A stretch of DNA of 39,727 nucleotides from an uncultured Candidatus Peribacteria bacterium (GCA_964517345.1 CAZFBZ010000001.1:7767-47493), one strand, 5' to 3'; numbered from the stretch's first letter, positions 23,621 to 30,943 are shown. Made by a program: numbers and translations. Notes: generated by a model not told the origin, from the sequence alone.

Positions 23621-25141
23621 TCAGCGGATGTCCTCGCTGTTCTGCGTGACGGCTTTCTTGGTCAGGAAGATCGACAGGAAGTTGACGCAGTAGATCCAGC
23701 CCATGAGCAGCAGCCCGCGGGAGGCGAAACGCCGTCCCGAAGAGTAGACGAAGAACCTGAATGAAAATTTGATTTTGCCGATGTCCCGGAGCCTGCGCGC
23801 TGTGGAGGCGTCCTCCCCGTAGAAATCGATCGAGGTGTCGAAGCCGCCCATCGTCATCAGCGCTTCTTTTTTGGCGACGAAGTTGCCGCCAACGACCTGC
23901 GTTCCCAGCAGGGAACTGAGCCGGTACAGAACCTTCCAGGAGTACCAGATGAACCGGCGGCGCACGTAGGACAGATCATAATAATCATAGGGGCCGCTGA
24001 GGCAGATGAGCGTGGGATCGCGCTTGAACTTCTCACGGATGACGTCGAACCAGCTGTCGGGCAGTTGGGTGTCTGCGTCCAGCGAAGCGTAGAAGTTTCC
24101 CCGCATTTCCGTCAGTCCGCGCTGGCGCGCGTAGGGCAGGCCTTTTTGGGGTTCGTAGATAACGCGGACCTGCGGGAACGATTTGGCGATCTGAGCGGTG
24201 CCGTCGGTGCTCGCATTGTCGACAACAATCACCTCCAGCAGTTCGGGATGGCGCTTGCGGAAAATACTTTCCAGGCAGGTGCGGATATAGCTTTCCTCAT
24301 TGAAGGCGGGAATGATGATGGAGATGCGCATCGGTTCCGAGCTGGGAGGCGCTTCAGGCCTCCAGGGGACGCCGGAGAGCCAGTAGAGCGGTTTCTGAAA
24401 GCGGTGCGGGACAAAGCCGATGACGAGCGAGGGCAGCGAGAACACGATGATGCCGACGACGAACCAGAACTCGCGGACGGGCAGGCCGACGAACAGGATC
24501 GGCAGCATCAGCACGAACGGCAGCGCCTGCAGAGCCACAAGCGCCGGCATCGTGTACGACTTCAGCGTCGGGCGGTTCGACGAGCCGGTGCGTTTCTCCA
24601 GCATGCGCCGTTGAACGCTGAACTGCGTACAGAGCAGGAACACGGCCAGGACCGTGCCGCCCATCCACGGCGTGCCGGCGATCGCCATGCCCAGGATGCA
24701 GCGCAGGGCGTGAGGCAGGGCGTTCGCTGCGAATTCGATATACGGCCAGCGCTTGGCTCCCAGGCTGTACAGTACGTTTGCGAGGATAAAGAGAATGAAC
24801 AACAGGAAGATGTTGTAGCCCAGGAAGGCATGTGCGTAGGACAATCCCGCGACAATACTGAACGCCACGTACAGCCATGCCTGCCACAGCCTCACGCGGC
24901 CCGAGGCGATCGGCCGGTGACGCTTCGCCGGATCTTCGCGGTCCAGTGAGACGTCGGCGATGTCGTTGAGTGCATACAGGCCTCCGTACAGAATGATATT
25001 GAACCCGATGTAGACAATCGCGAGACGGGGCAGCAGCTCCAGCAGCGGCATCTTGCCGAGCAGGATCGCCGAGGCGATAACCGTCGCGTAGTTGAAATGG
25101 CTGTGGAAGCGGATGAAGCCGAGGATGTCCCGAAGTTTCAT
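23621..25141 (-). CDS. fusion protein: N-terminal UbiA-family polyprenyl transferase domain plus C-terminal GT2 (GT-A) glycosyltransferase domain
   Basis: ORF 23621..25255 trimmed to the ATG at 25141 (MKLRDILGFIRF..). The UbiA part (about 25141-24332) is polytopic with the first Asp-rich motif YALNDIADVSLDREDPAKRHRPIASG. The GT2 part (about 24331-23621) has ISIIIPAFNEESYIRTCLESI..VIVVDNASTDGT and ASLDADT. It is one uninterrupted frame. Confidence 0.85.
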   Translation of the reverse strand: MKLRDILGFIRFHSHFNYATVIASAILLGKMPLLELLPRLAIVYIGFNIILYGGLYALNDIADVSLDREDPAKRHRPIASGRVRLWQAWLYVAFSIVAGLSYAHAFLGYNIFLLFILFILANVLYSLGAKRWPYIEFAANALPHALRCILGMAIAGTPWMGGTVLAVFLLCTQFSVQRRMLEKRTGSSNRPTLKSYTMPALVALQALPFVLMLPILFVGLPVREFWFVVGIIVFSLPSLVIGFVPHRFQKPLYWLSGVPWRPEAPPSSEPMRISIIIPAFNEESYIRTCLESIFRKRHPELLEVIVVDNASTDGTAQIAKSFPQVRVIYEPQKGLPYARQRGLTEMRGNFYASLDADTQLPDSWFDVIREKFKRDPTLICLSGPYDYYDLSYVRRRFIWYSWKVLYRLSSLLGTQVVGGNFVAKKEALMTMGGFDTSIDFYGEDASTARRLRDIGKIKFSFRFFVYSSGRRFASRGLLLMGWIYCVNFLSIFLTKKAVTQNSEDIR

Positions 25142-25145
25142 CGTG

Positions 25146-25604
25146 TCAGCGGAGAAGGAAGGACGCAGTCGCGACAGCAATGATGCCGCCTGCCAGAGCG
25201 CCGCCGATGACATCGTGCAGATGGTGGTGGCCCAGGCGGATCCGCGACCAGGCAACCCCGAGGACGATGGCGGCTGACAACCATGAGAGCAGCATATCCG
25301 GATGCACCAGCGAGAACGAGACGGCGAAGGCCGCGGCGCGCGCGGTGTGGATGCTGGGGAAGCTGCCGGCGTCGTAGCGGCCGTAGAGGCCTTTGTCTGG
25401 ACGCGGGATCGGGCGGGCGGTGGGATAAATCACTTTGAAGGCGCCGCAGAGAACCTCCGTGAGCAGCAGCGAGCCCAGTACCGGCATCCAGATACCGCTG
25501 ATGAGCCGTTCCAGCAGCAGTGCCGCGGGCAGATACACCGTCATCGTTCCGAAGGACGTGATTTCGGACGCGAACGTGTCGATAAGAGAAGATCGTGCGG
25601 TCAT
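25146..25604 (-). CDS. PAP2-superfamily (acid/lipid) phosphatase, membrane-bound
   Basis: 152 aa. All three PAP2 motifs are present: KVIYPTARP (KxxxxxxRP), FPSIHT (PSGH-like) and SRIRLGHHHLHDV (SRxxxxxHxxxD). Its stop lies 4 nt before the UbiA::GT2 start. Confidence 0.85.
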   Translation of the reverse strand: MTARSSLIDTFASEITSFGTMTVYLPAALLLERLISGIWMPVLGSLLLTEVLCGAFKVIYPTARPIPRPDKGLYGRYDAGSFPSIHTARAAAFAVSFSLVHPDMLLSWLSAAIVLGVAWSRIRLGHHHLHDVIGGALAGGIIAVATASFLLR

Positions 25605-25631
25605 AGTCCGTGATGCCGAAGGGGATACAGG

Positions 25632-26978
25632 TCAATCCTCGTCGACCTCGCCGATGTGGTCCCGCAGGACGTACTTGTCGAGGTTCTCTTTCCCGAGGGC
25701 CTTGATGATCTCGGGGATGGCGTCGTTGTAGGAGATCTGCTTCTGCTTTCCGGCCTTCATGTCGCGCAGAATGATCGTGTTTTCCTTCACCTCGAGCTTG
25801 CCGAGCAGCAGCGTGAAGCGCGACTCGAATTTGTCGGCCAGGCGCATCTGGCTCTTGAGGCTCGCCTCGCCGAGGGCACCGACGGTGTGCACGCCCTTCT
25901 CGCGGAGCTTGCTCACGAGAAGCAGACATTTCTTCTTGGCCTCGGGTCCCAACTGGGCGACGAACACGTCGACCTGGTCCTTGTTCGGGACCGTGACGCC
26001 CGCCTCCTTCATGTGCCAGATAACGCGCTCCACGCCCCCCGCGAAGCCCACGCCCGGCGTCGGCTTGCCGCCGAGCAGCTCGATCAGGCCGTCGTAGCGT
26101 CCGCCTCCGCCAATGGCGTTCTGTGCGCCGGAGCTGGAATCCCAGAATTCGAAGACGGTTTGCGTGTAGTAATCCAGTCCCCGCACGAGGCCCGGATTCG
26201 GCGTGTATTCGATACCGAGTTCATCCAGGTACTCCAGCAGCGTCGCGTGGAATTTCTTGCTCTCGTCGTTGATGAACTGGTCCATCTTCGGCGCGTTTTT
26301 CAGGAGGATCTGCGTGTCCTCCTCTTTGGAGTCGAGGAGACGCAGCGGGTTGTGCTGCAGGCGCGCGACGTCCTGCGCGGGCAGGTGACGCTCCTTGCCG
26401 ATGAAGTAGTCCTTGAGGGCGGCCGTGAAGTTTTTGCGATCCTCGGGCGTGCCGATGTTGTTGATCTGCAGCTTGAGGCGGTCGAGGATCTTCAGGTCGC
26501 TCAGCACCTTGGTGACAACGTGGATCAGCTGCGCGTCCAGGCTCGGATCGCGGAGTCCGATGACCTCGAAGTCGAACTGGTTGAACTGCCTGTAGCGGCC
26601 TTTCTGCGGACGGTCATAGCGGAAGCACTGGCCGATGGCATACAGCTCGACCGGCTGAGGCAGCTGCTGCATGCCGTGCTCGATGTACGAACGGCAGATA
26701 CCGGCGGTGAACTCCGGGCGGAGCGCGAACTGGGCCGACTTTCCCTCGTCATCCTTGCGTCCGACGACGGTGAAGAGCTCTTTCTCCACGATGTCCGTGT
26801 GCTCACCGATACCACGCTGGAACACGCCCTGGTGCTCGAACATCGGGGGGTCGATGCGTTTGTAACCGGCCTGGCGGGCGCGGTGACGCACGGCCTTCTT
26901 GATGTACGTCATGTACTGATGATCCTCGGGGAGGGCATCGTGGGTGCCTTTGGGCGTGCGGAAGAGTGGTTCGGACAT
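25632..26978 (-). CDS. hisS: histidine--tRNA ligase
   Basis: 448 aa. PKGTHDALPED, class II motif 2 CFRYDRPQKGRYRQFNQFDFEVIG, and motif 3 / HisA-HisB elements AIGGGGRYDGL and GVGFAGGVERV. Confidence 0.96.
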   Translation of the reverse strand: MSEPLFRTPKGTHDALPEDHQYMTYIKKAVRHRARQAGYKRIDPPMFEHQGVFQRGIGEHTDIVEKELFTVVGRKDDEGKSAQFALRPEFTAGICRSYIEHGMQQLPQPVELYAIGQCFRYDRPQKGRYRQFNQFDFEVIGLRDPSLDAQLIHVVTKVLSDLKILDRLKLQINNIGTPEDRKNFTAALKDYFIGKERHLPAQDVARLQHNPLRLLDSKEEDTQILLKNAPKMDQFINDESKKFHATLLEYLDELGIEYTPNPGLVRGLDYYTQTVFEFWDSSSGAQNAIGGGGRYDGLIELLGGKPTPGVGFAGGVERVIWHMKEAGVTVPNKDQVDVFVAQLGPEAKKKCLLLVSKLREKGVHTVGALGEASLKSQMRLADKFESRFTLLLGKLEVKENTIILRDMKAGKQKQISYNDAIPEIIKALGKENLDKYVLRDHIGEVDED

Positions 26979-27267
26979 GGGAGAGGAAGAACGTGTATTC
27001 GCGTGCTGGTACGCTTGATTGGTGAAGTGTACAGACCGAATAGCCCTTTGGGAAGGGTTTGTTGGGCTACATAGCCAATCGCCCGCAAGCCACCCCCGTC
27101 TGACGACCGGGAGTTGTGGATGATGCGGTCATGGCAAGGCTTACCTGCCAACAGTACCAGCCAAACGGCTATTCTACACAGATTTCCTATGGAGATCAAG
27201 GCTCTAAGAGCCTGTTTAGGCTGACCAGAGCCACAATAGACTATCGGCGCTGCTCATTCTTTCTAAC

Positions 27268-27275
27268 GGGAGGTG
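27268..27275 (+). promoter_or_regulatory. canonical Shine-Dalgarno GGGAGGTG, 4 nt upstream of the ATG at 27280
   Basis: Read directly. It is the only clear GGAGG-type RBS I found in front of any ORF in this window. Confidence 0.6.
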
Positions 27276-27279
27276 CGAT

Positions 27280-27570
27280 ATGACCGATGCGACGACGACC
27301 GAGATCACGGGCTTCTGGATGATGGCCGCGGGTTGGCTGCTCTGCCTCTTTCTCCTCTACATGCTCACTGCGAGCAGGGAGAAGGCCGAGAAGGTCACCC
27401 GATGGATCGAGGAGAAGCTCAGGACCGGCTGGATCACGCAGATGTTCGTGGTTGCCCTCGGCGGCCCGATGCTCCTGCTGGTCGGCTGGTGGATCTGGGC
27501 GATCGGGAACGCCGGCCGACCGTGGCCGGGGTATCCCCTCGATGTGATCATGCGGTGGATGGGGTGGTAG
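27280..27570 (+). CDS. small hypothetical membrane protein (two predicted TM helices, Trp-rich)
   Basis: 96 aa. Hydrophobic segments FWMMAAGWLLCLFLLYML and MFVVALGGPMLLLVGWWIWAI. A strong SD lies upstream and a 12-bp hairpin terminator lies downstream. Confidence 0.55.
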   Translation: MTDATTTEITGFWMMAAGWLLCLFLLYMLTASREKAEKVTRWIEEKLRTGWITQMFVVALGGPMLLLVGWWIWAIGNAGRPWPGYPLDVIMRWMGW

Positions 27571-27606
27571 GCAGAGCAGTCATTCCTGACAACGTGGTCA
27601 GGAAAC

Positions 27607-27640
27607 AGGCGGGAGTCTATGGAGACTCCTGCCTTTCGTC
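27607..27640. terminator. intrinsic terminator hairpin, possibly bidirectional
   Basis: aggcgggagtct-atgg-agactcctgcct forms a 12-bp stem with one G-U pair and a 4-nt loop, followed by TTTCGTCGTGTG on the + strand. On the minus strand it lies about 10 nt downstream of the tRNA-His 3' end. Confidence 0.6.
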
Positions 27641-27649
27641 GTGTGTGAA

Positions 27650-27728
27650 TGGGGCGAGCGACGGGACTCGAACCCGCGACCCTCAGGACCACAACCTGAT
27701 GCTCTAACCAAGCTGAGCTACGCTCGCC
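27650..27728 (-). tRNA. tRNA-His (anticodon GUG) with encoded G-1 and 3' CCA
   Basis: Minus strand: G-GCGAGCG-TA-GCTC-AGCTTGGTTA-GAGC-A-TCAGG-TTGTGGT-CCTGA-GGGTC-GCGGG-TTCGAGT-CCCGT-CGCTCGC-C-CCA. This folds into a full cloverleaf. The anticodon loop is TT-GTG-GT, and the extra 5' G pairs with discriminator C73, which is the tRNA-His hallmark. Confidence 0.93.
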
Positions 27729-27796
27729 ATGATGTGGGAATAAAAGAACAACGACCTGAGCATAACCTTGTTTTCTGGCGCCCCTCCGGGGCTGGG

Positions 27797-27820
27797 CCAA
27801 GCTGAGCTACGCTCGCCATG
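27797..27820 (-). repeat. 24-nt perfect direct repeat of the tRNA-His 5' end (3 nt of 5' flank plus the first 21 nt of the tRNA)
   Basis: ccaagctgagctacgctcgccatg occurs at both 27708-27731 and 27797-27820, offset by 89 nt. The upstream copy is not followed by the rest of a tRNA. Confidence 0.9.
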
Positions 27821-27868
27821 GACAAGGCCGGCCGCCGGTAAACCGGGGCCACGGCAGTGTAGGGCCAA

Positions 27869-30800
27869 TCAGGCGGCGGTGCCAGTGGTCGCCGGGGGCG
27901 GCGAATCCGGGGCTTTGGGCTCGGTGAGGCTGTCGGCACGGACCACGAAGGCCACATCGCTGTCCTTCTTCTTTTGGGGTTCAACGGGAACGGGAGCGGG
28001 TTCTGCTTTCAGGATCGGCTTTTCTTCCATCACAGGCTGGGCCGGGGGTGTGACGACCGGTTCAGGTTTCTTGTCCGCGGCGGGCGCCGGTGCGGGATTG
28101 GCAGCGATGTTAACCGGAGCAGGCGCAACAGGAGCCGGGCTCGGAGCAGGAGTGACGGGTGCGGGGGCAGGGGATGGAGCGGACGGGGTTGCGGGCGATG
28201 TCGGCGGAGTCAGGGGGGTGCCCGGAGTGTCCGGTGCATCGGTGCCGTCTTCGTCATCATCCGTATCATTGTTTGCGGGCGCACCCGGAACTCCAGCAGC
28301 CGCTTGTTCCTTGCGCTTGCGCTGGTTCTCGCGATAGCGCATGCGCTTCCTGCGCTTGCGTTCCTTCTCGCGCTCGATGCGTTCCAGATCCTCCTTGGAG
28401 ATGGCTGTTGGCGCGGCAGGAGCAGCAGCTGTCGTCGACGCAGGAGCGACTGCCTTCTGCATCACCGGAGGAGCCATTTCTTTTTTGACCTGCGCAGGAG
28501 CGCTGGGAGCCGGCTGAGACTGCACGGGCGGTGCAGCCTGGATTGTCGGCTTCTCTTCTTTCTTTTCCGGCGCCGGAGTCGCGTTCACGACCGGAGGCTG
28601 AACCGGCGCGGGTGCCGACTGCTCAGGCTTCTTGTCGATGACCGGAGCCGGAGCCGGTGCGGGTTCCGGTTTCTTCTCGACGATCGGCGCGGGCGCAGGC
28701 GTCGGGTCCGGCTTTTTTTCCACGACCGGAGCAGGCGCTGCGGGCGCAGGTTCGATCTTCGGCTCAGGCTTCTTCTCCACGACCGGCGGGGGAGTGGTCG
28801 GCAGGGGAGTCTCGGTTTTCACCTCCGGTTTGGGCTCGGGTTTTTTCTCAACGACCGGTGCCGGAGCCGGCTCGGCACTCGCGGGAGGTGGCGCAGGAGG
28901 CGTCGGCGTTGTAGCAGGCGTTTCTTTCTCCAGCCCCTTGCGAAGCCACGGTGGCGTGTCATCGGCCGGAGCGGTGTCTGTGGGGGGCTCTTTGCCCGGA
29001 GCCGCAACGGCCTTCTGCGAGAGTGCGGCGAGAGCCGCATCGGGAGGCGGCGGCGGAGCGTCGGTTGTTTTCGGTTTGGTCGTCTCCAGACCTTTCTGCA
29101 GCCAGGGCGGAGTGCTGTCTGCGGATGCCGAGGGTGACGGAGCGCCATCTGCTGGTGCAGAGGCGGCGGGAGGCGGCGGAGGCGGGGGGCCGGACTCCAC
29201 GGGGGTCTTCTGTGCATCGTCCCGCAGCCAGGGCGGAAGCGAATCTTCTTCCGACGGGAGAGCCGGTGTCGGAGGTTCCACTTTCGGCTCGGGCGCAGGC
29301 GCGGGTGCCGAAGCAGGAGCAGACACTGTCGTCGCAGGAGCGGCAGCCGTGACAGGTTCAGTGCGGGGCTCAGGGGCAGGGGCCGGAGGTTCGATTTTCG
29401 GCTCCGGCTTCGGCTCCGTTTTTTTCTCAGGCATCGGAGCGGTCTTTGGCGTCGGCGTCGGAGCGGGTTCTTTTGACGCCGCGGGAGCCGGTGCGGAACC
29501 GTCGGACGACAGGCCTTTCTTCAGCCAGCTCGGTGCGGCCTTTACGTCGACGAAATCGCTCGGCGGGGGCGTCAGTGCTTTTTCTTTCTTCTTCGGGGGT
29601 GTCGGTGCCTCGTCTTCGCTCGGCTTCTCGCTGGGGGTGGAGCGCTTGAGTTCAAGCAGCGGCGCGGCGGATTCGACGATCTCGGTAGGTGTGCCCTCTT
29701 TTTTCTTTTTGTCCGTGATTGTGGCATCCAATCCGTCGCCACGACGGATCAGACGCATGATGCCTGCGACGAGCACGACTCCCAGAAGCAACGCACCCAG
29801 TCCGACGCCAAGAAGCTTGGCAATTGACAGGAGCGTGCCGCCGATTCCCCCGCCGGACGGTGCTGGAGCGGATGGTGCGCTTGACGACGAGGCTGCGGCT
29901 GCGGATGCCGAGGAAACCGTGGAGCCCGTTGCGGCAGCGGCGCCGAGTCCCGAGAGCGAGATGGTCTTGGTCCCCTGTGAGATGATGCGAGCGGTGGTGA
30001 TGTTGCGCACAGTGACGGTAACGGTGTAGTCCCCGTCAGAGCGGTAGGTATGCACCGGCTCCGTGATGAGGCTCTGCGTGCCGTCGCCGAATTGCCAGTG
30101 GTAGAGAAGTTCGTTCGCGTTCGCCCCGACGAGCGGGAATATGAAGCCGATGTCCCCGCTGCCGCGGTTATCGATGCCGATCGTGCCGGGGATCTGGTCC
30201 GTTGGAAGCTCCGGTGTTCCCGCCCCCTCGTCGGGCGTGCCGTCCGGTCCCGGCGTTCCATCCGGATCCGGGGCGGGTTCGGCGTCGGTCGGGATAATGG
30301 CAAGCGACTGCTGCCGTCCGTCTTCGGCAAAGAGACGCATGGACCGCTCCGTTCTGTGGACGAGCCACAGGTGCAGGGCGTTCCCGTTCGTGCGGAAGAA
30401 CGCCTGGGAGTTGTCCTGGTCGTCCGCGGCTTCGCCGTTGCCGTTCGTGTCGCGGTTCGTATCCGTATCCAGATTGATCGCCCCCTCCGGCGCGAGTGGC
30501 GGCGTCAATTTGACGATGCTGCGTCCTGCGGGGAGTTCGATGCGTCCGTCGACAGATGAGGGATCGGTTGTGACGAGAGCGCCTTCCGGAATCTCCACTG
30601 CTTCCTCCTGAGTGTTACGGGGCTCGACGGTGACGTTGATGATCTTGCGTACATGATCCCCTGTCTGCGGAAAATCCGCGGATGCGTCGATCTGATACTC
30701 GCCCGGTTCCGTCAGGCGCAGACGGAACAACGGCTCCCGTCCGGCTTCCACGAAATTACGGTCTTTGGTCACAATCCAGCTCAGCTGCACTGGCTCGTTG

Positions 30801-30943
30801 TCGATCAGTGCGAGCGCCTCAAATACCTCGCCTGCGGCGAAGCGGACGGTTTCCTGGTCGATCTCGTTCTGCGCCTGAGCCAGCGGCAGAGCCGCCAGAA
30901 GCGGCAACGCGAGGCCGGCGAGGAGAGCGGGCAGACGGCGCAT
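27869..30943 (-). CDS. large single-pass membrane protein: signal peptide, extracellular Ig/PKD-like region, TM helix, approximately 625-aa Pro/Ala/Lys/Glu-rich low-complexity tail
   Basis: 1024 aa. Signal peptide MRRLPALLAGLALPLLAALPLAQA. PKD-type motif YHWQFGDGTQSLITEPVHTYRSDGDYTVTVTV (about 29954-30160). TM LLSIAKLLGVGLGALLLGVVLVAGIM (about 29750-29842) followed by RLIRRG..DKKKK. The tail carries 4 PPWLxKGL-type motifs, 5 VVEKKPEP repeats and a KR-rich helix. Confidence 0.85.
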   Translation of the reverse strand: MRRLPALLAGLALPLLAALPLAQAQNEIDQETVRFAAGEVFEALALIDNEPVQLSWIVTKDRNFVEAGREPLFRLRLTEPGEYQIDASADFPQTGDHVRKIINVTVEPRNTQEEAVEIPEGALVTTDPSSVDGRIELPAGRSIVKLTPPLAPEGAINLDTDTNRDTNGNGEAADDQDNSQAFFRTNGNALHLWLVHRTERSMRLFAEDGRQQSLAIIPTDAEPAPDPDGTPGPDGTPDEGAGTPELPTDQIPGTIGIDNRGSGDIGFIFPLVGANANELLYHWQFGDGTQSLITEPVHTYRSDGDYTVTVTVRNITTARIISQGTKTISLSGLGAAAATGSTVSSASAAAASSSSAPSAPAPSGGGIGGTLLSIAKLLGVGLGALLLGVVLVAGIMRLIRRGDGLDATITDKKKKEGTPTEIVESAAPLLELKRSTPSEKPSEDEAPTPPKKKEKALTPPPSDFVDVKAAPSWLKKGLSSDGSAPAPAASKEPAPTPTPKTAPMPEKKTEPKPEPKIEPPAPAPEPRTEPVTAAAPATTVSAPASAPAPAPEPKVEPPTPALPSEEDSLPPWLRDDAQKTPVESGPPPPPPPAASAPADGAPSPSASADSTPPWLQKGLETTKPKTTDAPPPPPDAALAALSQKAVAAPGKEPPTDTAPADDTPPWLRKGLEKETPATTPTPPAPPPASAEPAPAPVVEKKPEPKPEVKTETPLPTTPPPVVEKKPEPKIEPAPAAPAPVVEKKPDPTPAPAPIVEKKPEPAPAPAPVIDKKPEQSAPAPVQPPVVNATPAPEKKEEKPTIQAAPPVQSQPAPSAPAQVKKEMAPPVMQKAVAPASTTAAAPAAPTAISKEDLERIEREKERKRRKRMRYRENQRKRKEQAAAGVPGAPANNDTDDDEDGTDAPDTPGTPLTPPTSPATPSAPSPAPAPVTPAPSPAPVAPAPVNIAANPAPAPAADKKPEPVVTPPAQPVMEEKPILKAEPAPVPVEPQKKKDSDVAFVVRADSLTEPKAPDSPPPATTGTAA

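Noticed and set aside
27357-27800. 147-aa minus-strand ORF.
   Set aside because: It runs straight through the tRNA-His gene and the terminator hairpin, and its composition is not protein-like.
28600-28860. Regularly spaced short DNA repeats (ggcttcttctccacgaccgg-like units) that might be mistaken for a CRISPR array or satellite.
   Set aside because: The units are imperfect and irregularly spaced (about 45-70 nt). They lie inside a long open reading frame, where they encode the VVEKKPEP peptide repeat.
28632-30029. + strand 465-aa Gly/Ala/Ser-rich ORF with GFFSTTGAGAG repeats.
   Set aside because: It is the antisense image of the Pro/Lys/Glu repeats (VVEKKPEP read backwards). The minus-strand frame is continuous for 1024 codons and contains a signal peptide, a PKD motif and a TM helix.
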